This document shows positions 28,273 to 36,750 of a stretch of 48,601 nucleotides of DNA, in pieces (position 1 is the first letter of the stretch; each line of letters opens with the position of its first letter). Source of the stretch: Methanobacteriota archaeon (GTDB lineage Archaea; Thermoplasmatota; Poseidoniia; Poseidoniales; Thalassarchaeaceae); the NCBI GenBank assembly GCA_002730775.1, contig PCAW01000037.1, positions 1 through 48,601 on the forward strand, read 5' to 3'. Made by a program: the position numbers and the translations under genes. Under the pieces are notes generated by a model, which worked only from the letters and a program-made list of their open reading frames with translations, was not told the DNA's origin and did no database searches.

Positions 28273-29583
28273 TCAAGAATTTATATGGAATGGGGTGCCA
28301 TTAACAGGTAAATGAACATCTATTTTTTCCCCTAATTCGGAAAAAATAACACTTCTACTTTCCTCTGGGGCATGAAATAAAATCATATTTTTGGGATTAC
28401 ATTCCTTAGCAAAATTACACAATTCGGTATGTCCGGCATGATTAGATAACTGGAATTGTGAAATGTCTAAATCTATCTTAGTGAGGTTCCCAAAAATACT
28501 TATTTTCCCTTCTTCAAGTAATTTCCTACCGCCCGAGTTCTCGGCTTGGTAGCCGGTCAATAAAATTCCATTTGATAGGTCTGCCCTTAGGCGGTTTAGG
28601 TACCATAGCGCGGGGCCGCCATCTAACATCCCACTAGTTGTGACAATAACGTCTGCTTGTAATGCCTTTTTACGATCAGATTTGCTTGAGATTTTTCTGG
28701 TCCATTTCCATACTTTTTCAAATTCCTCTACATCTCTGATATGTTCTGGATTTTCAAACCATTTTCTTGTTAATCTTGTCCCCATTCCATCGTAATGAAC
28801 GTTGAGATTGGGGGCTTCTCTATACAATATACGAAGAATATCTTGTCCACGTCCTGAAGCGAATGCGGGGATTAAAGCAACTCCTCCTCTTTGTACTATT
28901 TCTTTAACCTTAGATGCGAATCTAGACTCTTCCTCAGACCTGTCTGGATGAATTTTGCCACCATACGTAGCCTCTAAACAAAGAATATCACATTTAATTG
29001 GTTTGGCCCCGATTGTATTGGGGCTATCTCTTGTATCAAGATCTCCTGACCATAATATACGGTGAGTAGGTGTTTCTATTTCTATCATTGCAGCACCAGG
29101 CATATGACCTGCTCTATGTAACCTACATTTCCATGCCCCAACGGTGAACCATTCTTGGTAATCGTGTGTAATCCATGATTCAAGTGCATATTCTAAATCT
29201 CTTTTATCCCATGTAAGTGGATAGCCCTCTATTTTGGAAACTTTGTAGGTATCTCTCCACATTATTTCTGAAACTGCAGATGTTAAGCTTGTACCATGAA
29301 ATTTGACATTATTAAACTGTGTCAACCATGGAACCATACCAATATGATCAATATGGCTATGGGTGATTATTGCATCTGTTATGGGGGGGCATTGGTCGGG
29401 GTATTTGGGAGGGCGTGTTGGAGCCAAACCATAATCAATTAACACCCGTGTACCTGTATTATCTTCTATTACACAGCCAACATTGCCGACTTCATTCCCT
29501 CCACCCAAAAAATGAAAACGAATCCCTTCTTTTACTTCTGTTCTAGGATATCCAGAAGATTGTCCTGGGGTGTATAGTACCAT
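28273..29583 (-). CDS. metallo-beta-lactamase/beta-CASP ribonuclease (aCPSF2-like, no KH domains)
   Basis: HSHIDHIG (HxHxDH), RAGHMPGAAM, WSGDLD, beta-CASP motif A LCLEATYG, MLDGGPALWYL, C-terminal LSNHAGH. Confidence 0.8.
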   Translation of the reverse strand: MVLYTPGQSSGYPRTEVKEGIRFHFLGGGNEVGNVGCVIEDNTGTRVLIDYGLAPTRPPKYPDQCPPITDAIITHSHIDHIGMVPWLTQFNNVKFHGTSLTSAVSEIMWRDTYKVSKIEGYPLTWDKRDLEYALESWITHDYQEWFTVGAWKCRLHRAGHMPGAAMIEIETPTHRILWSGDLDTRDSPNTIGAKPIKCDILCLEATYGGKIHPDRSEEESRFASKVKEIVQRGGVALIPAFASGRGQDILRILYREAPNLNVHYDGMGTRLTRKWFENPEHIRDVEEFEKVWKWTRKISSKSDRKKALQADVIVTTSGMLDGGPALWYLNRLRADLSNGILLTGYQAENSGGRKLLEEGKISIFGNLTKIDLDISQFQLSNHAGHTELCNFAKECNPKNMILFHAPEESRSVIFSELGEKIDVHLPVNGTPFHINS

Positions 29584-29839
29584 AGATTACCGACAACGGT
29601 TGGCGTCAAGAGGTCTTTGGAACTCCATCCCCTATATTTCCAGTAGAAATATTATACAGTTGGAAATTTATTTCTGAACTCTTCAGAATGTTTATGTCTT
29701 TCCGATTTTATAGTATGATTGTATATCGAAATCGTTTTGATTTTTAGACAATCTTAATCGAAATCTAACTTATTTTAATTCCAGTGGAAATAAAGGGGTC
29801 GGGGGGATAAATTGAGAACCTACACCCCCTGATGCAAGC

Positions 29840-30043
29840 ATGGGAAGAGTACCGAATTCAACATTCGTTGTAGACAACGATCGTTGTTTCGGCTGCGCGG
29901 CTTGTGTATCCCTATGTCCAGTAAACGCCCTAGTTCTCGAAGATATATTAGCTATAGTGGACGAACCATCTTGTACTCATTGTAATTATTGTATTCCATT
30001 CTGTCCTGTACACGCTCTCTCTATCATAAAAGTTAGTGCCTAG
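29840..30043 (+). CDS. 2x[4Fe-4S] ferredoxin
   Basis: CFGCAACVSLCP and CTHCNYCIPFCP (two CxxCxxCxxxCP motifs). 67 aa. Confidence 0.85.
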   Translation: MGRVPNSTFVVDNDRCFGCAACVSLCPVNALVLEDILAIVDEPSCTHCNYCIPFCPVHALSIIKVSA

Positions 30044-30835
30044 GTGTCTTGTATGAAATTTGCAATTACCAAAACCATAGATTTAGAAAACGGCCAAATC
30101 ACATGGTCAATTAATCCTGAATTGCTTAGAATATATTCATATTTATTTTTCTGGTTGATTATATTCTGTGGCTGGTATTTTACAAAACATCATTCAGATG
30201 TAGATTTTCATGATAATATTTTAATCGATACATTTGGTTCAAATAGTATTTGCTTACTATTTGATCACCCACCGGCTAACTATATTCTTCCTTCATTATG
30301 GGCGTTAAACTATTTACTTTTATTTTCTTATTCACTATCTTGTTGGTTACGAGTTTACCACGAAAAAGCCCTAGAACACATAACATCTTCACGTTATAAT
30401 TTTTTTACAATTTGTACGTTAATTGAGATTCTTTCTTTCACAATTTTTAGTACAATATTCGCCATTACTCCTGAAGAAAGTGTAGCAATTCATACGCTCC
30501 CATTCACGTTTCTTATAATTGGGCTATCGATACTAAGTGGTAAAAATTACATCTACTACCAATTTGTAACAGAATTGACAGAGAAAGAGAAGTTTCAGTC
30601 AAAGGTAATTACTTCGATCCATATTTTTGTCAGTCTATTCAAGATCTTTTTTCAATTTTATGCTTTATTTCAACCAGAAATAATAGACAATCAAAATATA
30701 TTGTCTATAAATGAGATTTTTAGCGTTATTTGGATATTCACGGCGGCTATAATTCCTATTTACACATCTTGGAAGTTAAAGGATAGAGCAGGAGACCTTT
30801 CGTTTACTATATCTCCTCGTTTAACATCATTCTAA
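30044..30835 (+). CDS. hypothetical polytopic membrane protein (about 6 TM)
   Basis: Hydrophobic helices throughout. Starts at the GTG (30044) abutting the ferredoxin stop, or at the ATG at 30053. No family recognised. Confidence 0.55.
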   Translation: MSCMKFAITKTIDLENGQITWSINPELLRIYSYLFFWLIIFCGWYFTKHHSDVDFHDNILIDTFGSNSICLLFDHPPANYILPSLWALNYLLLFSYSLSCWLRVYHEKALEHITSSRYNFFTICTLIEILSFTIFSTIFAITPEESVAIHTLPFTFLIIGLSILSGKNYIYYQFVTELTEKEKFQSKVITSIHIFVSLFKIFFQFYALFQPEIIDNQNILSINEIFSVIWIFTAAIIPIYTSWKLKDRAGDLSFTISPRLTSF

Positions 30836-30859
30836 TAATAAGGCGTTCTCACAGAGTAT

Positions 30860-32050
30860 ATGGAAATCAGTGAGATAATTTCACAGTCTAAAGAAATCCA
30901 CCAATGGATAGTAGAGAAAAGAAGAACTATCCACCGTCACCCCGAGCTAATGTATGAAGAATTTAAAACCAGTAAATTAATTCAAGAAACTTTGAAGAAT
31001 CTACAAATTCCGTATCAAAAAGATATCGCTATTACAGGCGTTGTAGGAGTTATTGGGAGCGGTGAGGAACCTTGTATCGCTTTGAGAGCTGACATGGATG
31101 CACTACCTATACACGAAGAAACAGACGTTGATTTCAAGAGCCAGATAGATGGTAAAATGCATGCATGCGGTCACGACTGCCATACAGCCATGCTTCTTGG
31201 AGCAGCCAGAATTTTAAAACAAAATGAAGACAAATTAGAAGGAACAGTCAAATTGATTTTTCAACCTGCAGAAGAAGGAGGAGCGGGAGGAAAAATGATG
31301 AGAGAGCAAGGAGTTTTAGAAAATCCCAAAGTAAGGAAAATTTTTGCTTTGCACGTAGCCGGAACAATGCCAATGGGAACCCTCGCATCTAAGGAAGGAA
31401 CATTATTGGCAGCAACATCATCAATAAAAATTCTAGTCAAGGGTAACGGAGGACACGCGGCAGCCCCTCATCATACAATAGATCCTGTAGTTACGGGATC
31501 GAAGATAGTAGTAGAACTGCAGACATTGATTTCTCGTGAATTGAGCCCCTTAGAATCCGGCGTAATAAGCATAACAATGGCAAATGCAGGCAGTGCGACA
31601 AATGTCATACCTTCAACTATGGAATTACAAGGGACCATAAGGTCACTAACTAGCGAAGGAATATCGAAATTACAAAACAGAGTCAAAGAGGTTGCAGAGT
31701 CAATAGCCATAGCAAATCGCTGTGAAGCAGAAGTTTCATTTCCAGGAAACGACTACCCTCCAACAGTGAATGATGCTGCTTGCTGGAAGATAGGAAAAGC
31801 TGCAGCAAAAGACATATTAGGCCAAGAAAAAGTTTCTGAAATGGATTCAATAATGGGGGGAGAAGACTTCGCATATTATACAGAAGAGATTCCAGGGTGC
31901 TTCTCTTTCCTTGGTGTAGGAAACCCAGATATAGACGCTGACTATGATGTACACCACCCTATGTTCAAAGTAGATGAAGAAGCACTGTCTCTAGGTACCG
32001 CCGTACACGTCAATACAGCAATCAAAGCATTAGAAAATTTAACGATATAA
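30860..32050 (+). CDS. M20D-family amidohydrolase (N-acyl-amino-acid amidohydrolase / carboxypeptidase type)
   Basis: RRTIHRHPELMYEEFKTS, ALRADMDALPI, HACGHD, FQPAEEGGAGG. Confidence 0.85.
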   Translation: MEISEIISQSKEIHQWIVEKRRTIHRHPELMYEEFKTSKLIQETLKNLQIPYQKDIAITGVVGVIGSGEEPCIALRADMDALPIHEETDVDFKSQIDGKMHACGHDCHTAMLLGAARILKQNEDKLEGTVKLIFQPAEEGGAGGKMMREQGVLENPKVRKIFALHVAGTMPMGTLASKEGTLLAATSSIKILVKGNGGHAAAPHHTIDPVVTGSKIVVELQTLISRELSPLESGVISITMANAGSATNVIPSTMELQGTIRSLTSEGISKLQNRVKEVAESIAIANRCEAEVSFPGNDYPPTVNDAACWKIGKAAAKDILGQEKVSEMDSIMGGEDFAYYTEEIPGCFSFLGVGNPDIDADYDVHHPMFKVDEEALSLGTAVHVNTAIKALENLTI

Positions 32051-32070
32051 TATTACAAAGAGAAGATAGT

Positions 32071-32685
32071 ATGAAAATCGCAATAATCGGTTCCGGAATA
32101 GAAGTTTTTACATGCGGGCATAGATTATTGGATAAAAATTCTAATTTAGAGATTCATATTTTTGATGAAAAAGCCGAGTCCGGAATGTATGGTGAAGAAC
32201 CGGGGTTATTCACCGAATGGCCACTAACTCCAATTAATTGGCTAGGAAGTCTATTTAGCCAATATCCCAATGAAAATTCAACCGCAATACGATACTCTTG
32301 GTTTGTCAAGGCTCTTTCGATATCTCTTGCTGAGAGAGGTGTAAATTTACATTTAAAATCCGTAGTTAAAAATATAGATAGTGGAATAATCGATTTCTCC
32401 GGCGCCGGTTATCTGGCGACAGGTAAAATGAAATTTGATGATATTATCGACTTTAGAGACAATGATTCCAATGAAGTTTGGTACGGAGGAGTAACGACTT
32501 CAAAAACAGATATTGAAATTTTTGGAATTAGGGCTGATCAGACAATAGAAGTTTGGAGCAAAAAGGAAAAAATCGAAGGAAATTTCATACAAAAAATGGA
32601 ATGGAGAGGAATTGACCCACAATGTGCCTTAATTGACAGGATCAATAAGGGTATTGATGCCGCAGAATCGACCATATCGGAATAA
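32071..32685 (+). CDS. hypothetical protein with degenerate N-terminal dinucleotide-binding (GGR-like) fold
   Basis: MKIAIIGSGIEVFTCG...IHIFDEKAESGMYGEEPG resembles the beta-alpha-beta plus acidic-residue start of FAD oxidoreductases. The third Gly of GxGxxG is missing and the protein is only 204 aa. Confidence 0.45.
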   Translation: MKIAIIGSGIEVFTCGHRLLDKNSNLEIHIFDEKAESGMYGEEPGLFTEWPLTPINWLGSLFSQYPNENSTAIRYSWFVKALSISLAERGVNLHLKSVVKNIDSGIIDFSGAGYLATGKMKFDDIIDFRDNDSNEVWYGGVTTSKTDIEIFGIRADQTIEVWSKKEKIEGNFIQKMEWRGIDPQCALIDRINKGIDAAESTISE

Positions 32686-32710
32686 TTCTTTGTAAAATAT
32701 TAGATGCCTA

Positions 32711-33541
32711 ATGTATCTAGGAGCTAATATGGGCGCCGTAGAGAGCCAGGTATTGGAACATGTTTGTGACAAAACAAAAAGTTCAAGACATGCTATTCTG
32801 ATAGATCCAGCCGACCAAACTCCAGATATTGCTGCTAAAAGAGCGGTTGCTGCGGTTGCTGCGGGCAGTAAAATGATACTTGTGGGGGGCTCGAGTGATA
32901 CTGATATGGATAATGTGAATGACACCGTAGTTGCCATTCAAGAGGCATTAGAACTAGTAACTTGGGCATCATCTCAAGACTCAGGCTTAGAAGAAAAAAA
33001 CTGGAAGGTGCCGGTTGTATTATTTCCCCAAGGTGCTGCTGCACTTTCACCATCTGCCGACGCTATTACTTTCATGATGTTAATGAATAGTAAATCTCCA
33101 AGATATTTGATAGAAGAACAAGTCGCAGGATCACTATTTATCAAAAAAGCAGGAATTTCGCCTTTGCCGATGGGCTACATCATTTGTGAACCAGGGGGCA
33201 AAGCTGGAGAAGTTGGACAGGCGGATTTAATCCTCTCCAATCAGACAGAAAGAATTTCTGCATATGCGACAACAGCAGAATATTATGGATTTAAAATTAT
33301 ATATTTAGAAGCTGGAAGTGGCGCCCAAACACCAGTATCTCCCGAACTAATCAAAGCAGCGAGAGAGTCTTGTAATCTGACCATTGTTGTTGGAGGAGGA
33401 ATCAGGGACGGAGAAACGGCAAAAATAGCATCTGATGCGGGAGCGGATTGGATAATAACTGGAAATTTGACAGAATCTTTTGATGATGCGAACGCCCTAC
33501 AGAATGTATTGACAGGATTCATATCAAAAATGAATGACTAG
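32711..33541 (+). CDS. geranylgeranylglyceryl phosphate synthase (GGGPS/PcrB family)
   Basis: LVGGSSD, IIYLEAGSGA, VVGGGIRDGETA, WIITGN: a TIM-barrel phosphate-binding pattern of GGGPS. Alternative start at 32729. Confidence 0.8.
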   Translation: MYLGANMGAVESQVLEHVCDKTKSSRHAILIDPADQTPDIAAKRAVAAVAAGSKMILVGGSSDTDMDNVNDTVVAIQEALELVTWASSQDSGLEEKNWKVPVVLFPQGAAALSPSADAITFMMLMNSKSPRYLIEEQVAGSLFIKKAGISPLPMGYIICEPGGKAGEVGQADLILSNQTERISAYATTAEYYGFKIIYLEAGSGAQTPVSPELIKAARESCNLTIVVGGGIRDGETAKIASDAGADWIITGNLTESFDDANALQNVLTGFISKMND

Positions 33542-33999
33542 CTATCCTTTATCGTAGCGATTAATCGATCTATTTGAGTTTCCATATCTAGAATTAGAAT
33601 CATTTGTTCTTCTTCTACTTTGAGCAATCTAGCGTTTTCATCTTGCAGCTCTTTCGCACGACTCTCTGAAACACCCCCTCCATCTATTCTCCGAATCTTT
33701 TCATTTTCTAATTTGTTCTCTAATTGATTATATCGAATTTTCATCACACGCAGCTGCTCTTCAAGATCGGAAACAGAAACCGTTCCCTCATGCTCCAAAT
33801 CCAGAGCTGCTAATTCTAATTCCAGCGCCCTTGCTCGCTGTCTCGAAATCACCAACTCCTGCTCCATTTTCATAGCCTCATCCCAAACAGAAATTACTTC
33901 TTGAACTAGTTTTTCATGAGATATTTTAGCCAACCGCCCTTCCAATGTACCTCCATCTTTTTCTGAGGAAGAATCGATAGTTGAAGGAGTACTCATCAA
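33538..33999 (-). CDS. hypothetical coiled-coil protein
   Basis: 153 aa with heptad-like E/L/R/K-rich sequence throughout (ARALELELAALDLEHE, LEEQLRVMKIRYNQLENKLENEK). No family recognised. Confidence 0.5.
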   Translation of the reverse strand: MMSTPSTIDSSSEKDGGTLEGRLAKISHEKLVQEVISVWDEAMKMEQELVISRQRARALELELAALDLEHEGTVSVSDLEEQLRVMKIRYNQLENKLENEKIRRIDGGGVSESRAKELQDENARLLKVEEEQMILILDMETQIDRLIATIKDS

Positions 34000-34100
34000 T
34001 AATCAATAAACATCGCAACTAACATGTTCTTGAACCTTGAGTAATACTAACGGATTATCAGTCGAAATTTGAATATTTTCTGCATCGCCGTTTTCGTGGC

Positions 34101-34108
34101 TTTTATAT
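34101..34108 (+). promoter_or_regulatory. TATA box candidate for rplX (leaderless)
   Basis: TTTTATAT is centred about 28 nt upstream of the ATG at 34132, and there is no SD in between. Confidence 0.4.
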
Positions 34109-34131
34109 CAAAGTCGAAGTTCGGCTGTAAT

Positions 34132-34359
34132 ATGCAAGCATACCGGATAGACGGGGTAGTTCGCCAAGGAAAGACAAACCAAGATTTCTGTATAGACTTA
34201 GTCGCAGAAAATGAAGACCAAGTTAGAGAAAAGATATACTCACACTTTGGCAGTCGTCATGGGGCTAAAAGAAGATATATAACAATTAACTCAATTAATA
34301 CTATTGAACCATCGGAATCTTCCGCTCCGGTCGTTGTATCTCATTTTCGCGACAAATAA
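34132..34359 (+). CDS. rplX: 50S ribosomal protein LX (eL20 / L18Ae family)
   Basis: MQAYRIDGVVRQGKTNQDF...VAENEDQVREKIYSHFGSRHGAKRRYI matches the archaeal LX pattern. 75 aa from the ATG at 34132. Confidence 0.8.
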   Translation: MQAYRIDGVVRQGKTNQDFCIDLVAENEDQVREKIYSHFGSRHGAKRRYITINSINTIEPSESSAPVVVSHFRDK

Positions 34360-34407
34360 TCGACTTTAACACGTAACGGTGAAATCAGATAGTCTCTAGG
34401 AAGGGTC

Positions 34408-34962
34408 GTGTTGAAGAAAACATTCATGCGTCAATATTGGCGTATTCAGCAAAGTCAAACCCTAGTCTCTATGGGTTTTTGGATTACAACTCTAACTTTG
34501 TTGATGTGGCCATATGTCAGTTGGAGATTCAAATCTGACAATGAACTGCTAGCGATACCTATGACATATTGGGGGCTTGGTGGAATCGCATTATCCGTAT
34601 TACTAGTAGTATTAATAATTGGTTGGGTATATGACGTATTTCTTGGGCTGTGGAGAGAGCACCTAACAGTTGTACAGGAAAGAAACCCGTTCACTACGTA
34701 CAAAGTAAACGCCCCTTTCGGTATGTTGCTGGCTCAAACAAATACTATTTTACGAAAATTATCAGAAGATGATGAAGACATTAACCGTCACTGCGATTTC
34801 GTTGATAGATGGTTAGAATGGAACTCAGAACAAGAAATATGGGCGAGAACAATGTCGTCTTGGAAAGAAATAGTTGGGGATGAAGACCCATATCTATCCC
34901 ATCTTTCACCTGAATCGAGAGAAAAATTAGAAGCTGCCGCTAAAGAGATGCAAGATTTCTGA
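34408..34962 (+). CDS. hypothetical 2-TM membrane protein with acidic cytoplasmic tail
   Basis: ORF track. TM helices LVSMGFWITTLTLLMWPYV and GLGGIALSVLLVVLIIGWVY. GTG at 34408 or ATG at 34426. Confidence 0.5.
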   Translation: MLKKTFMRQYWRIQQSQTLVSMGFWITTLTLLMWPYVSWRFKSDNELLAIPMTYWGLGGIALSVLLVVLIIGWVYDVFLGLWREHLTVVQERNPFTTYKVNAPFGMLLAQTNTILRKLSEDDEDINRHCDFVDRWLEWNSEQEIWARTMSSWKEIVGDEDPYLSHLSPESREKLEAAAKEMQDF

Positions 34963-34965
34963 TTC

Positions 34966-34972
34966 GGAGGAG
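34966..34972 (+). promoter_or_regulatory. Shine-Dalgarno GGAGGAG for cysQ TTG start
   Basis: GGAGGAG lies 6 nt upstream of the TTG at 34979. There is no in-frame ATG near the conserved N-terminus. Confidence 0.5.
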
Positions 34973-34978
34973 AAAACT

Positions 34979-35770
34979 TTGAATTTTGAGAAAATAGTCG
35001 AAATCGCTGAGTTAGCAGGCGATGTTATACTTGAAATTTACAATAAATCTGGCAATATTAAGATTCAGCACAAGGGAGACAACTCTCCTTTGACAGAAGC
35101 AGATTTAGCCGCGCACAATATTATCGTAGAAGAATTAAAGAAAATTGACGATACCCCTATTGTATCGGAGGAAGGAAATGAGGGGGATCCATTTTCTTCC
35201 GACACTTGCTGGTTGGTAGATCCATTAGATGGAACAAAAGAATTTATCAAAAGAAATGGGATGTTTACGGTAAATATAGCATTGATGTCTCGGAAAAAAA
35301 ATCGATGGACGCCACTTTTCGGCGTGGTACACGCCCCTGTTACCAAAACCACATGGTTTGGAGGTGTAATATCTCCTTCAGAACGGAGAGGTCCAGACGG
35401 TACTGGTTTGATGATGGTAAATCCATCATCTCCTCCACTTCCTGTACGCTTAGTAGCTAGTGGTACCCATAGAGGCGAGAAAGACGAACTATTTGCTCAG
35501 AAATTAGGGAATTATGACCTTGTAAGAATGGGCTCTTCTTTGAAAGCATGCATAGTGGCAGAAGGCTCTGCTGATTTGTATCCAAGATTCGGACCAACAT
35601 CATGTTGGGATATCGCCGCAGCTCACGCAGTAGTTTCTGGGGCGGGAGGCATTGTAGTAGGACCATATGGGAAAAACTTAGATTATGATTTAGTAGAAAA
35701 TGTCTTAAATCCGTATTTCCTAGTCGCAGCGGATAATCGCTGGACAGAAGATTGGGTCGAATTACAGTAG
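34979..35770 (+). CDS. cysQ: 3'(2'),5'-bisphosphate nucleotidase CysQ (inositol monophosphatase fold)
   Basis: PIVSEEG, WLVDPLDGTKEF, WDIAAAHAVV motifs. TTG start with a strong SD. Confidence 0.85.
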   Translation: MNFEKIVEIAELAGDVILEIYNKSGNIKIQHKGDNSPLTEADLAAHNIIVEELKKIDDTPIVSEEGNEGDPFSSDTCWLVDPLDGTKEFIKRNGMFTVNIALMSRKKNRWTPLFGVVHAPVTKTTWFGGVISPSERRGPDGTGLMMVNPSSPPLPVRLVASGTHRGEKDELFAQKLGNYDLVRMGSSLKACIVAEGSADLYPRFGPTSCWDIAAAHAVVSGAGGIVVGPYGKNLDYDLVENVLNPYFLVAADNRWTEDWVELQ

Positions 35771-35856
35771 ATTAAATTATTTTATATGTTTTATTTACAT
35801 AATCCAAACAGACCAAACCCCGTCGATGTGAAATAGCCCTTGTCTTACGCAAACAC

Positions 35857-36750
35857 ATGTCTCATCTCGACGCTTTGGAGGCAGAAGCCATCCATATTAT
35901 GAGAGAGGTGGTTGCTGAAGCGGAAAATCCCGTTATGTTATATTCAATTGGCAAAGACTCTTCAGTAATGCTTCATTTGGCTAGAAAGGCATTTTATCCG
36001 GGAAAAATTCCATTTCCATTAATGCATATTGATACTATGTGGAAGTTTTCAGAAATGATAGATTTCAGGGACAAAACTGCCAAAGATTTGGGTGTTGACC
36101 TGATTGTACACATTAATCCCGAAGGGAAAGAGATGGGAATGAACCCATTCATTCACGGCTCATCCAAACATACCGATGTAATGAAAACAGACGGATTAAA
36201 GCAAGCACTAGACAAGTATCAGTTTGATGTTGCATTTGGTGGTGCCAGGAGAGATGAGGAAAAATCTAGAGCCAAGGAAAGAATTTTTTCGTTTCGAACA
36301 TCGAAACATCGATGGGACCCTAAAAATCAGAGACCCGAACTCTGGAATCTGTATAATTCACGTAAAAACAAAGGTGAATCAATAAGAGTATTCCCACTTT
36401 CAAATTGGACAGAATTGGACATTTGGCAATATATTCACTTAGAAAAAATTCCAATAGTGCCTCTTTACTTTTCTAAAGAAAGACCCGTAGTAGATAGAGA
36501 TGGGACTTTGATATTAGTGGACGACGAAAGGCTCCCTCTCGAAAAAGGCGAACAACCTATGCTGAAAAGTGTCAGATTCCGAACATTGGGTTGTTACCCC
36601 CTAACTGGGGCAGTAGAATCTGAGGCGGACACCCTTCCCGATATAATTCAAGAAATGCTCCTCACTACAACATCAGAAAGACAGGGCAGAACAATCGATC
36701 ATGACTCCAATGCTTCTATGGAGAAGAAGAAACAAGAGGGGTATTTCTAA
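35857..36750 (+). CDS. cysD: sulfate adenylyltransferase subunit 2
   Basis: [20 protein letters not shown]-loop [13 protein letters not shown], near full-length CysD pattern, C-terminal KKKQEGYF. Confidence 0.92.
   Translation: MSHLDALEAEAIHIMREVVAEAENPVMLYSIGKDSSVMLHLARKAFYPGKIPFPLMHIDTMWKFSEMIDFRDKTAKDLGVDLIVHINPEGKEMGMNPFIHGSSKHTDVMKTDGLKQALDKYQFDVAFGGARRDEEKSRAKERIFSFRTSKHRWDPKNQRPELWNLYNSRKNKGESIRVFPLSNWTELDIWQYIHLEKIPIVPLYFSKERPVVDRDGTLILVDDERLPLEKGEQPMLKSVRFRTLGCYPLTGAVESEADTLPDIIQEMLLTTTSERQGRTIDHDSNASMEKKKQEGYF

Noticed and set aside
30044-30835. That the 6-TM protein after the ferredoxin is a UbiA-type DGGGP synthase, and that its very low GC (15/60 in one sampled line) marks horizontal transfer.
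   Set aside because: There are no NxxxDxxxD or DxxxD prenyltransferase motifs (only HDNILID). Low GC is expected from its Phe/Ile/Leu/Tyr/Asn-rich composition, and other lines elsewhere are equally AT-rich.
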